IMG/VR virus record: IMGVR_UViG_3300033182_000538
Location: 64,001 to 128,000 of that record
Source of the DNA: a virus
DNA: 64,000 nucleotides
Reading direction: 5' to 3' (one strand)
Every line of letters begins with the position of its first letter. Within the stretch, counting starts at the first letter, position 1. A model generated the notes under the pieces. The model was not told where the DNA came from. It worked only from the letters and a program-made list of their open reading frames with translations, and made no database searches. A program made the position numbers and the translations under genes. Shown piece by piece: positions 8,876-17,065 of the stretch.

Positions 8876-9157
8876 TTATTCGTTTACAAATATAATCTCA
8901 TCACCAACGTGCATATGAGCCTTCTTTAATGTTGGTGCTAATAAAGGATGTTCTGCCATCGAACTATGCGCAGCGTGAACACAGTATGGGCAATTTTCCT
9001 CATATACCTTATCAAGAGTTTCAATCACATCTTCAGTTTTAAGTTTGATTTCAACGATATCTTTTTGAATCTCTAATGTTGTGTTTAAAACCCAAGCACA
9101 TACACCTAATATAAGTGTACCTGCAAGTCCTGTTATTATTTTACTATCTAATTTCAT
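8876..9157 (-). CDS. N-terminal TM + coiled-coil protein with CxxC/His-rich tail
   Basis: IITGLAGTLILGVCAWVL; CPYCVHAAH...H...HMH. Confidence 0.65.
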   Translation of the reverse strand: MKLDSKIITGLAGTLILGVCAWVLNTTLEIQKDIVEIKLKTEDVIETLDKVYEENCPYCVHAAHSSMAEHPLLAPTLKKAHMHVGDEIIFVNE

Positions 9158-9172
9158 AAAATATCTTCTTTC

Positions 9173-9931
9173 TTAATTTAATGTTGGAAGTCCACCAATC
9201 TTTGGGATTCGTTTCTTCCATTTGTTGTAAATCAATTCTCTATTCTTCTTACTGATAATACCATCATCAACAAGCGAATCTAAATAATCATCAACCACTT
9301 TCTGATATGGTTGTTTGATTGTCTTTGCTTTAGAATACAATCCGTGGATGTTAGCATCTACCTCTTTTGGTAACAAGAAATACTTGTAGAACAACTTTTC
9401 ATCACCACGAATCTTTTGTCTCATTTTGAGGTCACCCCTCATCCACTTGGATGGTTTTGAACCATATGAATTTCTTCCGTGAGTTAGGTGTTCGAGTTCG
9501 TGTCTTACCAAGTCACGAAGGACTGGCTGAATCTTTGAAAAGATTCTCTCACCATCTTCGGGATGAACTCCAATAATTACTTCCATACTTGGAAAGTCCT
9601 TATCAGTTTCGGCAGCACCATCGATGTAAAATGTTCCCTTCTTTACACCATCTTCGGATACAGCCAACTTCATTTCAACATCTACCGACAACCCACTAAT
9701 ATTATCTGAAAATTCACCAACATAGATTGTTCGGTCTTCTTTCTCGAACATATTCTTTAATGAGGTCATTGGGATTGGGTCTTTACGAACTTCGTACCCC
9801 TTGTACTTCTTTGGTTTCTCTTGAGTACCACTAGCTTTAATTGCGTCTTTAACCTTCTTAAAGATTGCCTTGTTGATTTCACCCGTGAGTTTATCGTACA
9901 TTCCTTCTAATATGAGTTCTTTGAGTTTCAT
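9173..9931 (-). CDS. Zincin-like metallopeptidase-domain protein, probable head cargo
   Basis: RHELEH (HExxH) with downstream EVDAN; leader MKLKELILE. Confidence 0.65.
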   Translation of the reverse strand: MKLKELILEGMYDKLTGEINKAIFKKVKDAIKASGTQEKPKKYKGYEVRKDPIPMTSLKNMFEKEDRTIYVGEFSDNISGLSVDVEMKLAVSEDGVKKGTFYIDGAAETDKDFPSMEVIIGVHPEDGERIFSKIQPVLRDLVRHELEHLTHGRNSYGSKPSKWMRGDLKMRQKIRGDEKLFYKYFLLPKEVDANIHGLYSKAKTIKQPYQKVVDDYLDSLVDDGIISKKNRELIYNKWKKRIPKIGGLPTLN

Positions 9932-9952
9932 TACAAATATACGAATTTTTTA

Positions 9953-11023
9953 TTAAATCTCCAACTTTTTGTCGGGAGTTTTGAAATCTTTTTTACGCAT
10001 TACAGTCTTTGCAATGGCTTTGTTTGCCTGTTTCATAAATGGAATGTTGATGTTTGTTCTATCATCAACTGCAACCAATGAGTTGTATTTGTTGAGGAAT
10101 TCAACGAACTCTTTCTTATGTTTAGATAGTCTCTTAAAGAATCCAATGAGTTCTGCTTGTGAGATTTCCTTACCATTACGAGGGTCGTTCAATCTATCAA
10201 AGAAGTGTTTGTCGGTTAGTACCACATCTACTGGATTGAGTTTCTTATCAGCAAATTGGTCAATCTTCTGAAGGTCTCCCATTGGGATTTCGTTGATTGG
10301 TAGTTTATTCCAACCTTTTTCTTTGACTATTTTTCTACCACTATCTTTTACAGTCATCAAGTGGTTTTTGTCGTGGTATATCTTTACATACTCAACACCC
10401 TTACCACTTTTGAATAGTTTCTCAGAACCATACTTAGCTACATCTTTTAAAAATGAGTCTGATGACCTTTTGGTTGTCTTTAGTACTGGTTTGTTATTAC
10501 TATCATATCCAACCAAATCAAATCTAACACCACCAAACTCGTTGATTGTTGATTCATCAAGAAGTCTATATTTTAGAAGTGGTTTACCATTGATTGTGAT
10601 GTCACCCTTTTCGTTTTTACCGATTGACTTCACTACGATTCTCTTATTCTTGAATTTACCACCAAGGATTGTATCACCAACTGAAATAGGAATGTTGATG
10701 TCTTCACCAATCGGTTTCATCCCAGCAGACTTTCTCAATTTGTTGAGTTGGTCGAGTGTCTTCTTTTGAGCAGGTGAGCCAGGCATTTGTCTCATTGCCT
10801 TGTTGATAAGTTTCATCATCTCAAGGTCAGTACCTTCTTGAATCTTGGCGTTCATATGTTTCTTATACAAATACATAAGGAATGGAGTGAGCTCCTTTAC
10901 CATCTTCGCCTTTTCTTTCTGAAAATTGTGCGATACCGTCACCTTATCCCCTGCTTTAGGTGGATGGTGGATGGTCTGAACAGCTGACCTTTTTATTTGT
11001 TTTGTAGTGATTCCAAGCGGCAT
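9953..11023 (-). CDS. Modular hypothetical protein, probable internal head protein
   Basis: Short domains joined at IQE/IGE/LDE/INE sites; last domain HFFDRLNDPRN...KTVMRKKDF. Confidence 0.6.
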   Translation of the reverse strand: MPLGITTKQIKRSAVQTIHHPPKAGDKVTVSHNFQKEKAKMVKELTPFLMYLYKKHMNAKIQEGTDLEMMKLINKAMRQMPGSPAQKKTLDQLNKLRKSAGMKPIGEDINIPISVGDTILGGKFKNKRIVVKSIGKNEKGDITINGKPLLKYRLLDESTINEFGGVRFDLVGYDSNNKPVLKTTKRSSDSFLKDVAKYGSEKLFKSGKGVEYVKIYHDKNHLMTVKDSGRKIVKEKGWNKLPINEIPMGDLQKIDQFADKKLNPVDVVLTDKHFFDRLNDPRNGKEISQAELIGFFKRLSKHKKEFVEFLNKYNSLVAVDDRTNINIPFMKQANKAIAKTVMRKKDFKTPDKKLEI

Positions 11024-11042
11024 TACAATCGTTCCATTAATT

Positions 11043-11372
11043 TTATTTGTGTTTTGCGTTTTCTATTTCTAACTCTTTTACTACTTTTCTTAGTTCATCT
11101 ACTTCTTTTTGTAAGTATTCGATTCTAAGGTCTTGTTTTGCGTCATCAGGTAATGCACCCATTTCACCTCTTGGCCACTTTACTCTAAATTCGTGATTTA
11201 ATTCAACATCATCTTGCATTCTAATTATATCTAATTGTAATTGAGAAATCTCTGCGGTTAAACTAAACCAAACACCTGCGACAGATACAATACCTAATAC
11301 CATTCCTATCAATGCTTTAATGTCTAATTGTACTTTAGACTTTTCACCTATTATGTTTTCTTGCGCTTCCAT
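11043..11372 (-). CDS. TM + coiled-coil protein (paralog of 12593..12877)
   Basis: IGEKSKVQLDIKALIG + TM + heptads. Confidence 0.7.
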   Translation of the reverse strand: MEAQENIIGEKSKVQLDIKALIGMVLGIVSVAGVWFSLTAEISQLQLDIIRMQDDVELNHEFRVKWPRGEMGALPDDAKQDLRIEYLQKEVDELRKVVKELEIENAKHK

Positions 11373-11401
11373 CGGTTATTTATCTCCTATTAATATAAAT
11401 G

Positions 11402-12046
11402 TCATAACCGTTGCATCTTTTTTAGATACTTGAACATTTCGTTACCAAGTTTCTCACCAAATCGTGAATCTGATGGGTAGTGAGCCCTTGCTATATTTCT
11501 TGAATAAGATATATCCTTACCAATACTCATAAAATTGTATTGATGGTCAGGATACATATCACCCAATACTTTAGCAATCAGTATACCCTGAGTAGAGTGA
11601 CCACTTGGATAAGATGGAGTTTTCATCGACTCCAACTCATTACCTCTTAGTGGTATGTTTACCAAAGGGTGTTTCGCCAATTGTGTTGGTCTTGGTCTAT
11701 TATATAAGTATTTAAGTGTAGTGATAATAATTGAAGAATCATCTAACAAAGTTTCAACTAATTGTTTAGGAAAGTCCAATCCAGCCGTATCACAATATTC
11801 TTTGAATACTTTAGAAACATTATCCATCTCTTCAACAAACTTTTTATCAGATGGTAATTGTGATAATTGTTGTAATTCTATCTTTACTTTAGATGAATCA
11901 TTACAATGTGGTGGTTGTCCTGCGAACTGTTTCCATTCAAAATCCTTCAACATAGATGGAGTTTGTTTCATTCTCTTGAGATGTTTAGATTTTATCTCTT
12001 CAGAGTATCCCATTGTTTTTAGTTGAACGATGTCTGATAATTTCAT
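11402..12046 (-). CDS. PAP2/vanadium-haloperoxidase-family acid phosphatase
   Basis: KYLYNRPRP (KxxxxxxRP), PSYPSGH, SRNIARAHYPSD. Confidence 0.9.
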   Translation of the reverse strand: MKLSDIVQLKTMGYSEEIKSKHLKRMKQTPSMLKDFEWKQFAGQPPHCNDSSKVKIELQQLSQLPSDKKFVEEMDNVSKVFKEYCDTAGLDFPKQLVETLLDDSSIIITTLKYLYNRPRPTQLAKHPLVNIPLRGNELESMKTPSYPSGHSTQGILIAKVLGDMYPDHQYNFMSIGKDISYSRNIARAHYPSDSRFGEKLGNEMFKYLKKMQRL

Positions 12047-12177
12047 CTTCCTTGTCCGTTGTAAGGTTTTTTGTAATTCTTAGCATTCTTACTCTTACTA
12101 TTCTTAGTTTTTGCGTGAACACCTGGTTTTTTTCTTTTGTGACTCTTTAGTTTTGTGGATGATATAATTTTTGCCAT
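12043..12177 (-). CDS. Very basic 44-aa protein
   Basis: Manually translated MAKIISSTKLKSHKRKKPGVHAKTKNSKSKNAKNYKKPYNGQGR; stop overlaps next start (ATGA). Confidence 0.7.
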   Translation of the reverse strand: MAKIISSTKLKSHKRKKPGVHAKTKNSKSKNAKNYKKPYNGQGR

Positions 12178-12180
12178 AAT

Positions 12181-12588
12181 TTAAAATTTAGAAGATTCTT
12201 TGATTTCATCTATTGTTTCTTGGAGTTCTTCTAAATCAACAGGACACTCCAAATCCAATCCTGCCTTAAAGGTCTCCTGTAAAATACCATCTTTAAAAAT
12301 TAAGATAGTGGGAGCCATTCTGATTCTATATTTCTTTTTAGCTTCAGGCGATACAGCAACATCACATCTATAATAGTTACTAATTCCTTTTACTTTATTC
12401 CAATCTTGAAATGCGTTTATATCATTGAACTTTGCCCAAAATTCAACAACTACTATTGATACTTCATCATCTCCAAATGCTGACTTCTCGTGTATCTTTT
12501 CTTCGTATGTTTTGTCACTTATCCATTCTTGACCGTGTAAATTAAATACACTCATTAATAAGAAACTGATTAATAACAATTTTTTCAT
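12181..12588 (-). CDS. Exported thioredoxin-fold protein lacking CxxC
   Basis: Signal peptide MKKLLLISFLLMSVFNLHG-Q; VVVEFWAKFN where WCxxC is expected; YRIRMAPTILIFKDG; start reassigned to 12588. Confidence 0.75.
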   Translation of the reverse strand: MKKLLLISFLLMSVFNLHGQEWISDKTYEEKIHEKSAFGDDEVSIVVVEFWAKFNDINAFQDWNKVKGISNYYRCDVAVSPEAKKKYRIRMAPTILIFKDGILQETFKAGLDLECPVDLEELQETIDEIKESSKF

Positions 12589-12592
12589 TTCA

Positions 12593-12877
12593 TTACCTCG
12601 TTTGTTGTATCTGATACAATCTCTCATCTATTTTATCAAGCTTTTCTTTGATTTCATCAACATCATCTTGAGTATCCATAATTGTTTGGCGGATGAGCTC
12701 ATCTTTCATATCAAATTCCATTCTATCAATAACAGGTGCGGGTAACTCTTTAGCTTCTTGTATATCGGCTTGAAGGGCAAACCACATACCAACCACTGTC
12801 GCTACAGCGAAAAGAATGATACCTATCGTTTTAAGGTCAAGTGTGATTTTAGTATCTTCACCAATTTGCTTTGCCAT
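12593..12877 (-). CDS. TM + coiled-coil protein
   Basis: IGEDTKITLDLKTIG + TM (IILFAVATVVGMWFAL) + heptads. Confidence 0.7.
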   Translation of the reverse strand: MAKQIGEDTKITLDLKTIGIILFAVATVVGMWFALQADIQEAKELPAPVIDRMEFDMKDELIRQTIMDTQDDVDEIKEKLDKIDERLYQIQQTR

Positions 12878-12888
12878 TTTTATCCTTA

Positions 12889-14130
12889 TTACCTAAATGT
12901 ATAGTTAATACCAAATGTTGTTATGAAGAACTTAGAATCCCACATTCTTGTGTATTCACCTTCAGCGAATAATCCAACGGATTTACTCAACTTCCAACCT
13001 AAGTTAGCGCCAACTTGGAAATCCCACCATTGTTCACCAGTTGCGGCATCAGCCAAACCATACTGGTCCCAATCGTTTCTGAATAAGTAAGATAATGGAA
13101 CTCTACCATATTCATCGGTGTCACCCATCACATATTTGTGCATTGGTAAAAATGCCGTTCCGTATGCGTGAACCCAAAACTTTGAATCATAGTGATAGTA
13201 ATCAAACCCAACTACTGGCGATATCACTCCGAATAAACTTGTGTTTCCTAATACTTCTTGATTGTATAATGAAATTAGTCTCTTGTAAGCTCCATCTCTA
13301 AATTCTAAATCTGAAGATGCGATTCTATTTCCATCCGGGTCCCACCAAAAATATCCGTATATTTGTTCTTCTTCACCCGTGATTGGGTTGTTGATGGTAG
13401 TAGTGTAAAATGCGTCTTGATATCCGTATTCATACGCTAATTCATACCAATAGTTTACTTGGTCGCCATTTGCGTCTAAAGCACTTACCCAAATTTCATA
13501 TGGGTTTACACCATATACTCTTTCGTGAGTTCTAAATGCACCGCCTGCTGATAGTGAGAATTTTTTACCTATTGGTATTCTTCCCCTAACATCAACTGCA
13601 TCATAATTAAAATCAATAGCACCTTGATATCTTCTTTCTAATTTAACAATGTGGTGTTTACCTGTATGTCTAAGGAAGTATCTTTCGTTTTCCCATACCT
13701 CACCTCTTCTTCTTTCCTTTTCCCAATGAAATATATATTCCCATCCCATTACAGCAGAAGTGGGTGCGATTAGTGCGTTTTGTCTTTCTAAGTTTTGGTC
13801 ACCAGTCCAGAAATTACCTGGCTTTCTTTCGTAATCAAATCTACCAAGTTTACGAATACCAAATCCGATTCTATAATCGGCTGGGAAGTATTCAGTTACA
13901 TCAACAACTTCAGGTACATCATAAATACCTTGCCCATCAGGTGTTCTAATTAAATATTTCTTATCCGATGATTCGTATGGCGCTCTATAATCACCTGCTC
14001 CGTATACCGTAGCATACTTAAAGAAACTATCGTAAAATTGTTTTAAAATGCCATCATCCTTCTTTTTACTTTGAGCACTAGCAGGAAGGATAAATAATAT
14101 ACTGATTAAAATTGTTATGAACCTTTTCAT
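12889..14130 (-). CDS. Predicted outer-membrane beta-barrel protein
   Basis: Signal peptide ending ASA-Q; aromatic-rich alternating strands (FSLSAGGAFR, WDFQVGANLGWK, VGLFAEGEY); C-terminal beta-signal-like TTFGINYTFR. Confidence 0.7.
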   Translation of the reverse strand: MKRFITILISILFILPASAQSKKKDDGILKQFYDSFFKYATVYGAGDYRAPYESSDKKYLIRTPDGQGIYDVPEVVDVTEYFPADYRIGFGIRKLGRFDYERKPGNFWTGDQNLERQNALIAPTSAVMGWEYIFHWEKERRRGEVWENERYFLRHTGKHHIVKLERRYQGAIDFNYDAVDVRGRIPIGKKFSLSAGGAFRTHERVYGVNPYEIWVSALDANGDQVNYWYELAYEYGYQDAFYTTTINNPITGEEEQIYGYFWWDPDGNRIASSDLEFRDGAYKRLISLYNQEVLGNTSLFGVISPVVGFDYYHYDSKFWVHAYGTAFLPMHKYVMGDTDEYGRVPLSYLFRNDWDQYGLADAATGEQWWDFQVGANLGWKLSKSVGLFAEGEYTRMWDSKFFITTFGINYTFR

Positions 14131-14155
14131 AACTCCCCTTTTCTAAATGTTTATC

Positions 14156-14410
14156 TTATTTTTTTGCGAACTTTTCTAATCCCGCGATACCAAAACAGCC
14201 AAGGGTGATGAATACAAAAGAGTTATAGATGAACTCATTGATTACTAAATCTTTTCCAAAGTAACCAGTTGCTAAATCTACCGTTGCGAACACTACCATC
14301 ACAGCAAACGACATAAATCCGATTACGTTTTTTTCGTTTACATCGTTGTCATCTTTAAAAATGTCTTTAAAAGCCATCCAACTCCTCCTAATATAGTTTA
14401 TCATACCCAC
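14156..14410 (-). CDS. Putative holin (two TM)
   Basis: Two TM segments, basic C-terminus EKFAKK, next to the endolysin. Confidence 0.55.
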   Translation of the reverse strand: MGMINYIRRSWMAFKDIFKDDNDVNEKNVIGFMSFAVMVVFATVDLATGYFGKDLVINEFIYNSFVFITLGCFGIAGLEKFAKK

Positions 14411-14488
14411 AACTCTTTTTATAATAATTATACTGATTTTTTGTAAAGATGCTCAGCGAATCCTATTTTTACTGTTAAATCGACTATA

Positions 14489-15100
14489 CTATACAATATC
14501 ATTTGAATTAATTAATGTATATGTAAATGAGTTACCCCACACATCTCGTGCTTTTCTACAAATCTCCATAAATAATTTGAAGTCATCATTTGCGGCTATC
14601 ACTTGACATCCAGCAGACCACTTATCTACCTGTACTGATTTACCACCTTCTCTAGCAGTTGCTCTATGGATATTGATGCCATAGATACCTTCGGTTACAT
14701 TCTCTTCGATAAAGTCATAGGTGTCATCTCTATCACCATCACGATATACCTTTAGTGGTTTTTTCTGCCCCAATGCTTCGTACTTACCTTGGTGAAGTCT
14801 AATTTTATGTGAACCTCTGTATTGACCCTCTTTAAGAATTGCTACTCCGTTTTTATTTAGAAGTTGTTTCTCAGTCCAATGTGAACCAGGGTCGGTTGTT
14901 GCCTCAAAGCAGTGGAAGTTCCACTCACCATTCTCATCTTTGTAAGAGATAGTAATGTGGTCATCAAACTTGTTTGTGACCTTACCATTTGTGTCAGCAT
15001 TTCTAACACCAACGATGTTTACATCATAATTGTCTGAAGTGAACCACTTATAACCTTTTCCTATTACAGCGGCTTCGATTTGTTCTCTTGTGTAACGCAT
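14489..15100 (-). CDS. Putative endolysin, L,D-transpeptidase (YkuD)-like Cys peptidase
   Basis: GINIHRA...WSAGCQV (H-xn-SxGC); NIVGVRN, KFDD, TTDPG. Confidence 0.7.
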   Translation of the reverse strand: MRYTREQIEAAVIGKGYKWFTSDNYDVNIVGVRNADTNGKVTNKFDDHITISYKDENGEWNFHCFEATTDPGSHWTEKQLLNKNGVAILKEGQYRGSHKIRLHQGKYEALGQKKPLKVYRDGDRDDTYDFIEENVTEGIYGINIHRATAREGGKSVQVDKWSAGCQVIAANDDFKLFMEICRKARDVWGNSFTYTLINSNDIV

Positions 15101-15412
15101 TTATTTCCTTTTCTTTTTACCTGCACAATGTGCTTTTTGACTAAATCCTTTTGGATTATTACAATCTATTGATTTCTTATACTTGTCTGACCACTTCTCA
15201 TCAACTGAGTTAATAAGTCTTTCTAATGCTTGTTCTAACTTATTAGGTAAGTTTTTATGTTTAGTTGAAGCGTACTTTTTCAAGTCAGCTTTAGACATAC
15301 GTTTAGCCGTATCTCTAATATCCTTAGAAACATTAGATGGTTTTACATCACCCTTTTTTAGAGCGTATGCTAATCCCATATATTTTTGTTGTTGTTTAGA
15401 TTTAGCTGGCAT
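15101..15412 (-). CDS. DUF3008-like basic protein fused to a KWS..IDC..PKGFSQKAHC module
   Basis: MPAKSKQQQKYMG...KKYASTKHKNLP; start reassigned to 15412 (AGGAG upstream). Confidence 0.7.
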   Translation of the reverse strand: MPAKSKQQQKYMGLAYALKKGDVKPSNVSKDIRDTAKRMSKADLKKYASTKHKNLPNKLEQALERLINSVDEKWSDKYKKSIDCNNPKGFSQKAHCAGKKKRK

Positions 15413-15425
15413 ATAAACTCCTATA

Positions 15426-15617
15426 CTAATAAATATGTAGGAATTCAAAAGGAACTGACCATTCCATATCAAAAGGGTCGCTAACTACGGCTTCTCCCCT
15501 TTGTTCTCTGAGTGATATAAGAGTCACCTTTTCGCCCTCTACCAGACTTCCCTTGAATGTTGAGTAAGTCTTCTTCAGTATGACTTTTTTTCCTATTAGA
15601 TTTTCCAAATTTTTCAT
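15426..15617 (-). CDS. Small beta-rich hypothetical protein
   Basis: ORF track; ends just before the late-type motif; overlaps 15481..15672. Confidence 0.55.
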   Translation of the reverse strand: MKNLENLIGKKVILKKTYSTFKGSLVEGEKVTLISLREQRGEAVVSDPFDMEWSVPFEFLHIY

Positions 15618-15672
15618 AAGTTTCGTAATTATCCTCTTCCCAATCGAAAGAGTTTAGATTGAGTTTACCCAT
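15481..15672 (-). CDS. Possible small hydrophilic protein (overlapping frame)
   Basis: Start is coupled to the stop of 15665..15910, but it overlaps 15426..15617 by 137 nt. Confidence 0.35.
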   Translation of the reverse strand: MGKLNLNSFDWEEDNYETYEKFGKSNRKKSHTEEDLLNIQGKSGRGRKGDSYITQRTKGRSRS

Positions 15673-15910
15673 TTCGGATTACCTTTAAATTTTTGAGTTT
15701 GTCCAAGAATTCTTCCACGGAATAAGATTTTGATTTTTCATCTTTGATTATCACCTCTTCTAAGGTGTCGGGATACTTTTCTACCAATCTGACTAAGATT
15801 TCGAACCCTTGGTCTGCCCAAAAGTTTTTAAACGAAACCTCGCCTAAGATGTTTGTTGAGTAGTTTACATCTTCTTCTGAATCTTCTGGTAGTAATATAA
15901 AGTATCTCAT
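15665..15910 (-). CDS. Hypothetical phage protein
   Basis: ORF track; NILGEVSFKNFW; ATGA coupling. Confidence 0.75.
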   Translation of the reverse strand: MRYFILLPEDSEEDVNYSTNILGEVSFKNFWADQGFEILVRLVEKYPDTLEEVIIKDEKSKSYSVEEFLDKLKNLKVIRNG

Positions 15911-17064
15911 AGATTAATTAAGTCGTTTTCGTAATGTTTTACACGATTGACCTTTATATTAAATATGTCAAATTCATACTCACCACTATCAAATTCATTA
16001 AAATCAAAAATTTCCGATAAGTTTTGGATGAACTGAAATGAGTTCTGATTCAGAGCTTTAGCATCAAAACTGACCTCTATATCTGAATCAATATCTACAT
16101 TAATTCGTTTAGTCAAATCAATTGTTGTATTTGGTTGTTCGAAATCAATGTATTGTTTGATTGCATCTGAATCAAGGTCAGTTACAATCCTATCACACCA
16201 AGGTTCTAATGCATTTAGAATCTCAATGGTACAATTTTCTATATTAAACTGAACATCATACTTGTGTGGTATGATTGGTTTCATTAATTTATCGTGTTTG
16301 ATGAAGTGACCCCATTTTCTAACAAAGTTTCTTCCATTTTTAGTAGTAGTGTGAATCCACTCATCGGAGTTTTTACCAGCAGCTCCACCAGAATGTTTGT
16401 TGAATCTACTACCCCTTGAAGTAAAGTGATACACCAAAGCATCCCAACTCTGAACCAACGTATATCCATTTAGAAAGAACCTATTGAACAGGTCAGAATC
16501 TTCTTTTGATTGAGGAGCAAATAATTCATCGTGGCCCCCAATTGATAGAAAGTCTTCTTTGTACATACACCAAGGAGCAAAGATACCCTCAGTTGTTTTA
16601 TCTTCTTTTAGAGATTCACTCTGAGTGTACCAATCTTCAAATTTAAATTCTTCAACCTCAACACCAAAGTTTTTCATAATTTTTTCAGGCCCATCGGGAT
16701 GAAGTGGTGGTTCTACTCTTGTCGCTGATACCACGGTGAGTGGTTTCAAGTGTTTAAGTATGTTCTTATCAAAGTCCTTACATACTACCATATCAGCGTG
16801 AAACGCCATTATGATTTTAGTACGGGCCATTTCAATACCTTTGTCAAACATCCCTACAATACCAATACGTTCTGGACCAGGATTATGATAAACAATTAAG
16901 TCTTCATCATTCTGAGCCCCAATCCATTCAGCAGTACCATCCGTACTAGCATCATTCAAAACCAATACTTCGTGTTTAGTATCTAAATCACGAATTGATT
17001 TATATGCTAATTGTAGAAACTCTAAGTTGTTTCTTGAAGGTATAACAAATGTAATTTTTTCCAT
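15907..17064 (-). CDS. Glycosyltransferase family 2
   Basis: ITFVIPSRNN, NDASTDGT, HADM, GGHDELF..KEDSD. Confidence 0.9.
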   Translation of the reverse strand: MEKITFVIPSRNNLEFLQLAYKSIRDLDTKHEVLVLNDASTDGTAEWIGAQNDEDLIVYHNPGPERIGIVGMFDKGIEMARTKIIMAFHADMVVCKDFDKNILKHLKPLTVVSATRVEPPLHPDGPEKIMKNFGVEVEEFKFEDWYTQSESLKEDKTTEGIFAPWCMYKEDFLSIGGHDELFAPQSKEDSDLFNRFFLNGYTLVQSWDALVYHFTSRGSRFNKHSGGAAGKNSDEWIHTTTKNGRNFVRKWGHFIKHDKLMKPIIPHKYDVQFNIENCTIEILNALEPWCDRIVTDLDSDAIKQYIDFEQPNTTIDLTKRINVDIDSDIEVSFDAKALNQNSFQFIQNLSEIFDFNEFDSGEYEFDIFNIKVNRVKHYENDLINL

Positions 17065-17065
17065 T

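Noticed and set aside
14411-14488. tRNA or structured ncRNA in the larger intergenic gaps (also 29852-29903, 57833-57987)
   Set aside because: No cloverleaf, T-loop GTTCRA in context or convincing stem found by eye; tRNAscan-SE/Infernal would be decisive
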